Part shown: positions 1 to 12,269 of the stretch, piece after piece
Layout of the letters: each line of letters starts with the position of its first letter
How positions within the stretch are numbered: position 1 is the stretch's first letter
Source of the DNA: Curvularia clavata
Taxonomy: Eukaryota
Length of the DNA stretch: 64,000 nucleotides
Assembly (NCBI GenBank): GCA_023920165.1
Contig: CP089281.1
Span: forward strand, 1,984,001 to 2,048,000
Direction: 5' to 3'
Notes under the pieces: generated by a model
What the model was told of the DNA's origin: nothing
What the model saw: only the letters and a program-made list of their open reading frames with translations
The model's database searches: none
Made by a program: the position numbers and the translations under genes

Positions 1-1225
1 TACCTTGGATCACCTGGAAGCGTGGTGATAGGGATCCAAGTCGCATCGGCAGCAGCCGCAGGATGAAGCTAGATGCGTTATTTCAATGCTTTATTTACAG
101 TGCGTTACTTCAACATACCACACAACTCTTGTAACTAGCTTCTTTCTTCGCAGCCAGGTTCACCAGGCTCGTCGGCAGCAGGAGCGCTGGGTTGTAATCA
201 TATGGGTTTATTGTTGGTGTCACACATCGCGTACTAATCATGTCAGTGCAAGTGCTTATAGCGTCGTTCCATTCACATTGCGTAATTTCCGAGCAGATTT
301 TTGTGGCTGAAACCGGCCAGTTCAACGTGCTTAGCGCGAAAGGTTTTGGGTTCTCATATGTCGGTCTTCTTCCCCGCGACTGTCTAGTGAGTGTGGAGAT
401 GGGCGACGGTGGAATTGAAAGCGTCAGAGACGTGAGTTGAGAACCGCAGCCAGTGAATAGATTTGTCCAAGGGAACTGTCCGTATAAGGTGGGTATTGAT
501 ATGTAAATTGAAGGCGAGGTCATTGTGAGGCCATCAACTACTTTTACCACTGGTGATTTGGATGTGGCTGCTTCCGGTGCTGGACGGCTGATTGGCAAGA
601 GAGTGTTTGTTTGGGGGCAGAGTGGCTGCGTGGCTGGGGTTGGCCAGTAGTATATCTTCACGCTCGATCCTGCTAAACTGCATGGGCCGCCAGGAACAGA
701 AGAACATGCCCTATATGTCGTGCATGGGACTGGAAAGTCTGGGATCGGAGTTTCCGTTGTGTGCGCCATGTTCCAGCTTGATTGGAGTTTTGCACAATCG
801 TTTGCATTCACCGTGCAAGTTGGTGTTGGACTAGTCATGCTCGACCACGTGGTATACGCTGCTGTTGGATACCATTCCGTAACATATGCGCTGTACTGGC
901 GGCCGAGTAGACGAGGGATGTTGTCGCAGAAGGTCGAAGTAGGGACAGCTGGGTAGGTTGAAAATATCTCGGTAGACGTGAGAGTCGTTGTGTAAGACTT
1001 GGATGCTAGACTAGACAAGGTGGAGTAATATTGCGTCCACGAGTTGAAGCAAGCCTGAGCAGGTGGCAGAGGCGTGATAACATTCGCTATTGATGTTAGC
1101 ACAAAAGCTGCATGGCATTTTTTGAGCAGAGAGTCATCTTGCTCAGCTTGCTTGGGAAATGAATTACCAGCTGCCTGAGTGGCCAGGATCAAGCAAAGAA
1201 CTTGGAAACCAGATAAACTGACCAT
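1..1225 (-). CDS. Secreted Cys/Thr/Pro-rich hypothetical protein, 3' end runs off the window
   Basis: ATG at 1225 gives a signal-peptide-like start (MVSLSGFQVLCLILATQAAG) followed by many Cys. A GT-AG intron at 118..69 skips the ORF-track stop, and the frame stays open (LHPAAAADATWIPITTLPGDPR) to base 1. Confidence 0.7.
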
Positions 1226-2510
1226 GTTTGGCAAAGTATTTTTATGAAAACTGGGGTTAACTATAGAAAAAGAAATCTTTGTGCGCTGCTATATGAACGG
1301 AATCGAACAAATAGATACATGTGTATATGTATCTCTAAGGAAGAAACCATTCGCTATAGAAACCAACCTGGGCTCACCTGATCAGTGGTCTCTAGATTAA
1401 ATAGGTAGAAAGCCCGAACGTTGGTCTCCATTAATATCGCCGGATAATGAGCGCAAGTAAATATACGAATGGCTTTGAAGGATCAGTATGAATACGAATA
1501 TAGCGTGGATCGCCTAATTCATTATGTTCTAGAGAGTTGATTTTTTATTGCCAAGGCTGCGGCCCATCGTCAGCTAGTACGCTTATGGAGTCCGAGTGTA
1601 ATTTGTGGCGTACGACAAAGTGTGAACATGCAGGAGCTGAAAAGCACAACATGAATATTGGTAAGAGGTTTTCCAGCCTTGTGTATCTTCCGGGACTATT
1701 ACAAATCACTAGGCGCTAATTTTTTAAAATCAATACATCTATAGAGAGTAAAATGTATGAACAGCATTGCCAGATCTATACAGACACATTTGTCATGGCT
1801 ACACCTTCGTCGCTATCAAGCGAGCTATCGGAAGTGCTGTGAATCTCGTTAATGACTTTTTGCAGTACGACCATTCCTACTTGGTGTTGCGATTCTTCGA
1901 ACGCAAAATGCATTGAACAATAGAGAGTTGTCCGATGAACCCTCTGCAACAAAAAGTGTTGACTGCTACACCAAAAGCTCAGCATGCGAACTCCGAGACG
2001 TTTGTGCGATTACATAGTACATCACCAACATTTAACCATGCCAACATAGCCTTCCAGCCCATCGGTATTCATCATGACGCTAAGACTCGCTATGTGGTAT
2101 CTTAGCTATTTACCAGTCAAGCCACATTTGTTGAAAAGTTACATAAGGCCGAATGCAGGTTAATGTGCGCATCTCGTGCTCATCGTCATACCGGCGGCTT
2201 AAAGGTGTGAACCTGCACGCATACCGACTTCCATGCCGAAGCGTCACTCTCACAATAACGAGCTTTTGTAGGCTATGAAGTTTGACGTTGCATTGAATAC
2301 TCACAACATATCGCTGATAAAGAGATGTTGAACGTACGCAATGTCATCTATCCGTCAGACTAGTCCTGGCGTAGCCCCGTAGATGAGACTAGAGATCATT
2401 TTTACATTGTGGATGTTCTTGCAGTCACTGCCCCATTTATCGAATAATCCTGATATCTCATTTCGATTATTGCGGTATATCGCTGAAGCGTAAAGACGCA
2501 AAGGAGGTAT

Positions 2511-3617
2511 TTAATCATAATTTGCGTCGAGATAATCGGTCAATCTCTTGACACTTTCCTCCAACCCTGTCCAACCATGTCCACTAATCCTTTTAAGTAG
2601 CTCTTCAGCTCTTTCGTTGGAAACGATACTCCTGTCTTCTCCAATATCTTCAATATCGTCAATAAATGCCCTGTGCGGATACATCTTTCTGAACAATGCA
2701 AGTAGTGTGTTCCAGCTGTACGGCTTGGCGAACGTAAAGAGTCTCTCAGACTCGACGTCCTTGTAGATTAGCGCAGCCACATGGACGGCTGCATTGTCGT
2801 CCACATTAATGTAGTACTGTGGCGGGTTCTTTTTCAGATCCGCCTCGCCATCTCCCGAAAACCCATTCCACAGCGCTTTGATCCAGCCCATGGTGCTTGG
2901 GTATCCTTGATGCTCAATTGACAAGATCTCTCCGATGTTCATATTTGGCAGGATGCAATTGAGGACAATGCCATTCGAATCAGTAGACTTGACGAAATCC
3001 CATGCTGCTTGTTCTCCCTGTGTTTTGGAAGCAGAATACACGTCAAGCTTACGCTGTACGCCTTCGTAAGGAGGGGGCGCCCATGCAGCTCTGACCGCCT
3101 CTTCATTCCATACCGACGGGTCGATTTTGAAGATTTTGTTAGGCTGAGGTGATGCCGCGGCAGTAGATGAAGATGTTAAGACGAAGCGCTTAATGCCAGC
3201 TGCGGCTGCAGCTTTCAGTGCATTGGTAGTTCCAGCTACAACCATAGGTACGGCAACATTGGGGTCTGTGGACTGCATGACAGGGGTAGCGGTGTGGATG
3301 ACACCGGTACAGCCCTGAACTGCCTCACTGAAAGCCCCATCTTTAGCCATATCTGGAACGGAGACGAGTTCTAGCGAATCCGGACCATATCTCTCGTTGA
3401 AGAAAGGAAGAAGCCAGGATGCTCGGTCGATGTTGCGAACGGTGCCGCGCACCTGATGTTTGTAAGATTGCTAGTTCTACTTGATAGCATTGTATATTGG
3501 TGTTCAAACCTTGAATCCATTTTCAAGCAGTTGCTTGACAACATGGCTGGCTATGAAGCCATTCGCGCCTGTTACAAGAACTCGTGTGCCGATCTCGATT
3601 GCTAAATCTGAAGACAT
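2511..3617 (-). CDS. NAD(P)-dependent aldehyde reductase / epimerase-dehydratase (extended SDR, Gre2-like)
   Basis: Exon 1 encodes the Rossmann motif VLVTGANGFIASHVV and splices to VRGTVR. Also present: HTATP, TSSS and catalytic YSASK (YxxxK). Confidence 0.9.
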
Positions 3618-4846
3618 GTTCATAGTAGAAGATTTCCCAACGTGATCAAGATACAAATACCTTGGTACAGGTCTGAGAATAGATGACTGAAGTGAAGATG
3701 ATGTATTGGAAAGAGAATGTGACGAGCTCTCTTATATCTGAAATCTTGGTCTTTTCCAACTGATACCCTGAGTTGCATTCCATTTAATTTGCACTCCAAT
3801 ACGTAGTGCGGGATCTAAACATCGTTCAATGTAGTGTAGATCGCATAGTAATTAGCGATCGCAGCTCTTCCCCCGCACATATGTAAAACATAGCTCTGCT
3901 TACAATCAGCCCCACCTTCTCTGCGTAGCGAAGTGGCATTGTCAAAGTTGGAACGGTCGTACGGCTGATTGGTCAATAACCACTCTCAAATGACGTTATT
4001 ACCTCCAAGCATACTAACTGTTCCTTAGTGAGTTCAGTAGTCGCGAAGCACGCCAAGTCTTACTAAGCTACGAAGATGTACCAAGACTGAGAAAGTCAAC
4101 ATAATTGGCCTGAGAGATGTCTTGGTATTGCTTACGAAGCTCTAGTAAACCCCGTGGACTTGAATAATGACGAATGCATACCCAAGTTACACCTGCTCGT
4201 CAGCTACCAAGTCATCTAGCAGACCGGCCGACTATCATTAAAAGCAGCTCGCATACTGTAGGAGTAGCCAAAATAGCCACCAGCAATGTGCGTTTGTCAT
4301 TGCTTGAAGGTCTATAAGAAGTGTCGCCATGACTTGGTATCAAACCATCGAGATCTTTTTCATCATGTTATCGTAGCGCTCAAACACGATAAATTAATAT
4401 TCTCATGTTCCAGAATATGCAAACCACGAAAGTCAATGTCAAGGGGTGGAGAATGAACAACGATCATCGCGAATTGCTACAAGAATTAGGATAACTGTGG
4501 ACACACTGGTACCTCTAGTGAAAACATGCTGGCACGATAACTCAATAGAAGCTTAGGAGGCATCATCTCATATATAACTTCAGCTAAAGGCTCCGATTGA
4601 TCACCGTGTTGACAATTACTAGGTTTCAACCCTGAAGTCAGCTCTCCACTACCACCTGAGTCACATCAGTCATCACATAACCAACCATCCTATACATTAG
4701 AGACCATAAGATTGGGCTGATGGTAATAGATGGAAGGAAAATCTTTGCAATCATATGAAATAGTCTTGGACGCAGATGATCTAGCGTTAGGCTAATTGGT
4801 TTCGCGTGCGCTGCAAAACGCGACAACATTGCCAGATACAATCTGA

Positions 4847-5746
4847 CTAGTGATTGAGAAATCCTCTAACGCTAGAAAGAAACTCAGCTGGTTTCTCGAC
4901 CCATGGAATAAGGCCGCAATCGTCAAATATAACCAGTTTCGCGCCTGGAATACCATGGGCCAAAGCATCAGCCGCCGTGAGACTACACATAGGATCATCT
5001 CTGCCCCAAATGATAAGAGTTTCTGCAGTCACCCGACCTGCATCTGCGACGTGTGGTAGGCGGTTTTCAGGTTTGCTGTCGCAAGCTGACTGGCGCAAGA
5101 ATGCCCAAACCCTAGCAGGGGTCTCCTTGAGGTCACACTGCTGCGCGTAGATTGAAGCTGCCAATGGATCAGAGAAGTGATATGGCCCTGCTTTCACCAA
5201 AATTTCTGCAAACTCCTCGTCCGTGGTAGGTGGGCTCTTGTATGCAGCAGTAAGTGCCGCCAGGGCTGGCCCAAAAACTGCATCATCTTTGCGCTTCGCA
5301 ACCCATTGCTGAAAACTGTCGTTGGGAGGACTGTCGTGAACCTGAGCATCCACAAGGATGAGCTTGGCAACACGAAATGGATATCGCTCAGCATAGGTCA
5401 GGACAATGCATGCGCCATTTGCATGTCCAAAGAGTATAGGAATTGAATCCAAACCAAGATGCTTCCGCAATTCTTCAATGTCCTCAGCCATTGTCGCACT
5501 GGACATGGCGTTCTCGTCTTGCGGCCTTCCAGAGTTTCCATTCCCACGGGGAGTAACGTAAACAAGTGTGTAATCCTTTTCTAGGTGATGGCCAAATCCG
5601 TTGCGAAGATACGACGCTGGAGAGCCCCAACCAACAGAGTGCGCCACGAAGACTTCGTTACCCTGGCCAGCAACTCTGTAGGTCAAAGCTACACCTTTGC
5701 TTTCGAAAGTATGCTCTCCCTCGCTTAATGCCGGAAGTTTGTGCAT
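4847..5746 (-). CDS. Alpha/beta-hydrolase-fold protein (proline-iminopeptidase-like), catalytic Ser and His apparently replaced
   Basis: Intronless 299-aa ORF with PRGNGNS and TLIIWGRDD. The nucleophile elbow reads GHANG and the His motif reads CGLIPW. Confidence 0.8.
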   Translation of the reverse strand: MHKLPALSEGEHTFESKGVALTYRVAGQGNEVFVAHSVGWGSPASYLRNGFGHHLEKDYTLVYVTPRGNGNSGRPQDENAMSSATMAEDIEELRKHLGLDSIPILFGHANGACIVLTYAERYPFRVAKLILVDAQVHDSPPNDSFQQWVAKRKDDAVFGPALAALTAAYKSPPTTDEEFAEILVKAGPYHFSDPLAASIYAQQCDLKETPARVWAFLRQSACDSKPENRLPHVADAGRVTAETLIIWGRDDPMCSLTAADALAHGIPGAKLVIFDDCGLIPWVEKPAEFLSSVRGFLNH

Positions 5747-6332
5747 TTTCTTTTAGTAACAAAAACTGCGGCTCAGGGCGTTGTATTGATAGAGAAAAAG
5801 CTGCAAAGGTTTTGAGAAGAAAAAGTTATCAACCTACGAATGTTAGCACGGCTCTACACTCCGGTACTTAAATGCGTACGTGCGACAACAAGGACAGTTC
5901 AAAATGATGTGAAATGAACATCTACAGGACAGGAAGATTTCATCGGGTTAAGAGATAACAGATACGATCGTGTAGGTGGACGTAAGCGCTAATGGCAGCG
6001 CAAACTGTCTTTCTGTATTCAGCAGTTATCCAAAAGCAGGAGCTGACTGCATCAAGCAAGCTACCGCAACGGATAGTCACTATTCTTAGTAGCAGAGTTT
6101 AGATATTTATAAGTGCGAAGGGCTATGTTACGTGGCCTTGATATGGGATCTTCATTAAACACCATCAAATCTGACACACCTAGAGCTCTAGGATGCTAGA
6201 AAGACTTCCAGCCTAACTCTGCCCGTCATCAGTGTCTAGGCCCATACCTAACAACAAGCAAAATGTAAAGAAAACCAAACGCCAAACTTCCTCCAAAGAC
6301 AAGACTACAGTGCGTCCACACATCACCTGCGT

Positions 6333-8122
6333 CTAGATGTTCAGGTCTACCGTCCTCAGTCTTTGCTGTTGGGAAGGAAGACCGACGCGACCCGGTCCAA
6401 CACGATCCGGATCTTTGCAGGAGTCTCGGATTTCTTGGAGCCTCTCTGCCGTCATGTTGTACGTGTTCTTTGTGGTGACGTTCAGCATGTCGTTGTTTGT
6501 GACGTCGAGCCAGAACATTGGCATTTGCGCGACCCTTTGGAATTCCCGGAGATTGAACTGCCTTGCTACCAGCAGTTCGTGGAACCTGGCCAGGGCCTGC
6601 ACGGTGATGGCGTTCAGGTATTGCAAGGTGCCCTTGCTGGCTCGGACCAGCAGAATCTGGTACTGCTGCCAACGGCTGCGCGGTTGATGTCGGCCGGGGG
6701 GCAGTATGGGGCGGGAATATGCGCGTATACTCGCGGCTGTGGTGGGAGGTTGCCGTTGAGGTACACCAATGACATTGCGTCCTTCCATTTGTTCGTGAGG
6801 ATGGGCTTTCCCGCATAGACCAAGCCCAAATTAATAGACTGGTCGAATGCACCGACCAGGTCGCCATAAAACGCTTTAAGTATAACCTCTTCCGCGTCCT
6901 GTGGTGGCACAGGTCGTTTCGTCACGTTCGCGCTTGCGACAGGCCGAAGCTTCATGATGGGATCTATGTCGTTGTGGCCAAAGATCCTCAGTGCTTCGTT
7001 TTGGAAAGGCCCACTGTTGTACTTGTGAAGAGCTTAGGACCAGTTCCGGGCGAACTGAGTGGGGTCAGTGGTGACGGTGCGTACGGAACAGTCCCAAATG
7101 GTGACGTCACAGAATTCGACAATGTAGTCGAAGAGGTATTTATCCATGTTGGCTTGAACCCCTTGGTTCTGCGGAATGAGATGGCGGTGGTGTGCGCAAG
7201 TATCACACCAATGAACCTCTCGTCGACGACGACAGCCTCGATGGCCTGTTTCCAGGTCGTCCTGCTGTGGTTGCAGCGCTTCGTGACGTTGACGATGTGC
7301 TCGGATGAAATATTCCACCATATTGGCTGACTGCTTACCCGAATAGCCCAGCGTGTGCCCTAGGGTAAAGGCTGCGGCGATACTACGCATATCGTTGTGG
7401 AGGAGAGCCAACTCCTGCTCGGTTATTAATCCTTCATAGTAAGCCAATTTGGCGGCCTATAAAAGTCAACATTGTAAATAAGAACATAGACAGCTAGAGA
7501 TACTTACCAGGATTTCATTCTGCTTCTGAGCAGCGGCAGAACGAATCGATACTCCTGTGAGTAGCTTATAGAGTGCGCAATGCTCAGGCTTCACGAGTCC
7601 ACTCCAGGTCCTTAGAACGACTTGGTCTTGCTTGTTCGCTGTGGCGTAAACAAGCGGTCGGTCTCCTGTCTCGTTGGGGTCCTTTATACGCCATACAACG
7701 ATGTGGCTGATCGCGGTCTTACTAAAAGCCTCGTCAACAATACTTTGTTGTTGTTTAGGCTCACGAGGATAATCTTCCACGGTTTGCTCGACAAAGTTCG
7801 TCAGTCGGACAAATTCTATGGTGGCTTCGTATAGGTTGAGATGGAGCATGTCCGCTTGTGTAAAGGTGCCGGGCTTGGTGAGCCATTGTCCGCCCGGATG
7901 GTCTGCCTCGAATTCTTTCGACGCTATATGTACGGCTTTAAGCTGCTCTAAGATAAGATCTCTTCGCCGTAAATGCTTGGGCCAGTCTTTATCCGCGTCG
8001 CTCTTTCGAGCATGCGTCTTTTCAAACATAAGAGCCTGTCGCACCACGTTTAGCCGAATGCTTTCTGTTCTGGGGAGAAGCCATTTGACGCGCTTGCTTG
8101 AGGTCCTTGTGTTTGGTGGCAT
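6333..8122 (-). pseudogene. Disrupted hypothetical gene (in-frame stop and probable frameshifts)
   Basis: ORF 8122..~7508 splices via GT-AG to AAKLAYYEG. The TAA at 7034-7036 is followed in the same frame by ORF 6614..6955. Protein-like sequence then appears to switch frame near a G-run at ~6695. Confidence 0.45.
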
Positions 8123-8892
8123 TATTGAGATGGTGGTAATGAGGACTGTATGCGAGGACTGTATGCTACGATGCAAGAGGAATGAAGGACAAAGCTGGAT
8201 GGGTGTGAGAAGTGCGTGTAGAAAGGTTAGCGGTCTGAAAACGGCTGACTGTATACCGGTGATCCGTGCGCTAGCGGCCTCTCAAGGTGAAGGTGGCTTA
8301 CAGTGAATGTCGCTGTCGATACCGCCGTTTGTTACCTGACACCCATCGCCACCACGTGTTCTAGCTCTTGCACCAGCCATATCAGAATATCACCTTCACT
8401 GTCACTTCACTTCTGCAATCTAGTAATCTTGTCTGCGAGTCTCGGAATGAGAATCTATCTCAGGAAGACAAAATTATAATGACAAACCCCAAAATTTTCT
8501 AGAGCAGCGGTGATGGACGTGGAGAGTTGGGTGCCAGGTTGTGAATCTGAGTGCTGGTGACGTGCGCTTATCCGCTAGCGGGCTGCCAGTACCGCGAAGA
8601 CACATACACTGCGCACAATTGCCCACGGCATCACGTATAAAAGGTGACGCCAACGACAGATATAAATATCAGCGTAGGCGCGTCGCGAGGAGAATATTAG
8701 TGCGATGCATTGACACCGCATAGAAGACATAACATCAGTCTATCGTCCGCCACACATGCGCTGTGATGTTTGAAACAGCGTCAGATTTACTGTGGTATCG
8801 CGCGAAGGGGCGGGCGCTAAAGAAAGAGAGGAAGATGCAGAGCGGGGCCATAACTGCGAGCGCCATGAGAAGTGATATGAGGGCCGGTTGAG

Positions 8893-9571
8893 TTATTTGG
8901 AAGATGGGAGAGTATCTTCATGAGGGCCAAGAGTCCGAAAACTAGTGAGGTATATGAAGTAACACAGACTTCCGAAGACAGCGCTGAGGTTGCAGGCTAG
9001 TTGAATCCCTGCCTGCATGTTGATAGAGGGCTTGAGGCTTCCAACATGGAAGCAAGAGATGATAAGAAGGTCAAGCAGGATATTGACAGCGAACTTGACC
9101 AAACTAATGATTAGCGGAAGGTCTGGTTTATCTAGATCTCTCGTGAATGTGGGCATTGCCACTTCGATTGCAGAGCTGAGCGCAGAGAAGGCACTGATAT
9201 GGACGTGAGTTAAGCTTGTGGCCCGCACATCTACAGGCCCGAAATCTTTTGTAAAAGTTAGAGGCTGCGAACATGACTTTTATTCCCATGATTAAGCGAA
9301 GGGTTGATTGAAAGAGGATGAGTGTGTGAGATAGCTTGAGTCGTTGAGGTAGCGAGCGCGATGCTTTGTCGCCGATGACGACCCAAGCTGCTCGGGGAAG
9401 ACCTTCATTCAGAACCTCTACTACGACACAGATATAGGTGTACACGTCTGTAGTGACGACGAGCGAGGAGTCAATATTGGCTACCCAGAGTTTTGAAAGA
9501 GGACTGTAGAGAGCTGGGAGGACGAAGGCGATGAAATGAAAGATGAATGTGGCTAAGATATCTAGAGCCAT
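8893..9571 (-). pseudogene. Fragment of a MATE-like multi-pass membrane protein, frameshifted and truncated
   Basis: Two overlapping hydrophobic ORFs in different frames ([17 protein letters not shown]...NEGLPRAAW and [22 protein letters not shown]). They are far too short for a complete transporter. Confidence 0.5.
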
Positions 9572-10789
9572 TGCATTAGTCTTTGAGGAGCTGCGGTAGT
9601 AGAGACAGAAACTGTACCGATCGCAAGATAGCGATATTTCCAGCTTGCAGATGTATCACAAGTTTCAGCTCTGTGGTAAACGGATATTGATCGGTTCAAC
9701 ATGTGCTCATTAGACTTAGAGACCTTGAGAGAGGCGTCATCTTTAGACAACACCCTGTAGTGACACTGCGCTGGAAAGCTGATATTGCTATTTTCTTTTT
9801 AGCAACCCTTAAAAAGTCCATTACATTCACAGGGTATACTTTTCTTAGGATAAAAAAACTAATTGGTAGCCAAGGTGATCATCATTGCGGGGTAAGACAT
9901 GATGGAACGTTCATACGATTATTTCCATATTATTTCTAACTAGTTGCTGTGCGACCTGAGCGTATATCTCACTTCGTATTACTTCTGTACCCTCAAAACT
10001 ACTTTAGCGTCTTGAAAATGTCCGAACCCCCATTCAAAATGGCGTTGATGAAGCCCAGGCTGGCGGAATACAACTCCTCTAGCTTTTGATAATGACCTGA
10101 AGCTTGCTCTTGATGAAAGCTTGGCGGTTACCAGCATCAGCGCGAAGGGTATAAGTGCCCAGGCTCTAGTGTTTCGAGTTGATGCCTTCGTACGTGTTGA
10201 CTTGGTCCTATAGCATGGTTTCGAGCCTGCTGACAGCGGCGATGGCGCCTTGGAATTTGACGTTGATGTCTATGAACTGTCCGCACAGCGAACCCCCAGT
10301 ATAATTTGGCTCCTGTATTACTACACGTGCATATGTCTCGAACAGGAATTCCCGTATCACCGCACATTCTTGAGTTTAGAGATAGGAGGTGCGGGGAGAT
10401 TAACGAATGCAATCAATTTTCCGACGCGCTTGGTCGTTTTGGGTGTCCGACCCACAATACCAAGACTGGACCATATCAGTCGCTATAGGAAGGTAATATA
10501 TATTCCTGGATGCATAAATTTAATTGGTAGAGAGAAGCAGAAATCGTCCACTGCGTACAGTGAAAAACATTGCAGACCGCCTGATTACCTCCCTAATGAG
10601 GCTGCAAAGCCGTTCCAGCCACACTCATCGGCGTATGAGGGAGGCGAATGACTATGGTAACAATTGTGATTAGAGTAATTCTTGGCAAAAAAGCGATACG
10701 ATATATATAACAGATCCACAACATCAGTTTACCAAAATCCTCCAGCTACTTTTCTCTGTTTAGCAATCTAGTAGTCGCATCTCCACGCT

Positions 10790-11314
10790 ATGCAGTTTTC
10801 TCTTCTCCTTATCGCAGCTTACGCCTGCAGTGCTTCAGCGCGTCTCAACTGGTCGCTGGCAAAATCATCTAACCCAACTGCGGATCAAGCAGACGCCTAC
10901 GCTAGGATCGAAGCAGCAATGACCAAAGCTGTTGCACGTTATCACAAATTCTCAACCGCCAACAAGACCATCCGCGTCGCCTATGCACCGGGTGTTCCCA
11001 CTGCTGAAGCCAATTACAATGGCGATCTGCGCTTTGGCTCGAACCGAGCATACATGACGGAACGCACGGCTATGCATGAAATCTCACACACGTTGGGGGT
11101 GGGGCAGACAGCAGCATTTAATAGCAAATGCGCCTCGGGAGATTGGAGAACAGCGTTACCATTGCTTCGAAGCTTTGATGGACAAAATGCTAAGATCAGC
11201 TGTGGTGGTTCCCATTTTTGGCCATATGGGCTGAACTATGAGACGGAATGGAGTGAGACCAACGGAGATAGACATGTAAAAATGGTTCAGGCAATGCTTA
11301 ACGATGGGATGTAA
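10790..11314 (+). CDS. Small secreted protein with an HExxH zinc-metallopeptidase-like motif
   Basis: 174 aa with signal peptide MQFSLLLIAAYACSASA and motif AMHEISHTLG. A TATA-like TATATAA lies ~85 bp upstream. Confidence 0.8.
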   Translation: MQFSLLLIAAYACSASARLNWSLAKSSNPTADQADAYARIEAAMTKAVARYHKFSTANKTIRVAYAPGVPTAEANYNGDLRFGSNRAYMTERTAMHEISHTLGVGQTAAFNSKCASGDWRTALPLLRSFDGQNAKISCGGSHFWPYGLNYETEWSETNGDRHVKMVQAMLNDGM

Positions 11315-11641
11315 GGTTGCACAGGAAGATTTTGAATATCGAGGAATTTGTTATTATTGTTATCCTAGGATTAGCCATCCCCAGCCAGTAGTCTCTGCCA
11401 AAGGCCATAACTTCAATGGAGCGGACATGAATATATAACGCGCAACTCAACACTCTCTAACCTGACTAACATAGGAAGACGAACGAGGTCTGGTTCATAC
11501 TAAAATACCCGAAAACCAATCTTATGAGTCTTGACACCAAATCCTATTCTTAACATCTATGTGGTTTCTAAGAAGCAGAATCTTATTTGTTGTTAAGCTT
11601 CAAACTGCATATAATGCCATGAGCTCACTATCGGAGAGTTT

Positions 11642-12127
11642 TGTTACAAGTAACAAGAAGGATTCTCTCCTTGACAAGGGACGGCGAGGTTGAAGACCAA
11701 CCACGTCTATGTTAGAAGGTAATGACATTGCGGGGCTTGGGGTCACGTGATGTGTGCTCCCGCTAAGAACCCTGCTCCCAGAGCATAGGTGGCCTTAGGA
11801 GAGTTATACTCCTATTGCTCCTATAAGAAAGAGAGAATAGAGAGTACTAGATTAGAACACGATAAATATAAAAATATATTAGATTTTATTATTATACTCG
11901 TTATAGTCAACTTAGTAAAGTATCTTTTATAGTTATCTTTTATACTTAGATTAATACTAGTTATTCTATCTTCTAATAGAATTAGTTTTATCTATCTTTG
12001 TTATTCTCTACTACTAAATCGCTAGACAACTACCTTACGGTATACTTCGCGGAAACTAGCCTCGCCCTAACCCGGAATCTAGGCTAGGTAAGTATATTCC
12101 CACTAACAAATAGGGCCCCGTGTAACA
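11642..12127. mobile_element. Solo LTR, AT-rich/RIP-like interior
   Basis: Starts TGTTACA and ends TGTAACA (inverted termini, TG...CA). Flanked by an identical 5-bp AGTTT at 11637-11641 and 12128-12132. Length 486 bp. Confidence 0.85.
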
Positions 12128-12269
12128 AGTTTGAGTATATTCAGACAGCCTTAAACGTGTCATTGCACAAGCAATACATTTTTCATCAGAGCATTCATAT
12201 TCAATGATCTGAACTTTGTTACTCAGGGCTCACAACGCCTATCCAATACTACAAACCACAGGATTCTAT

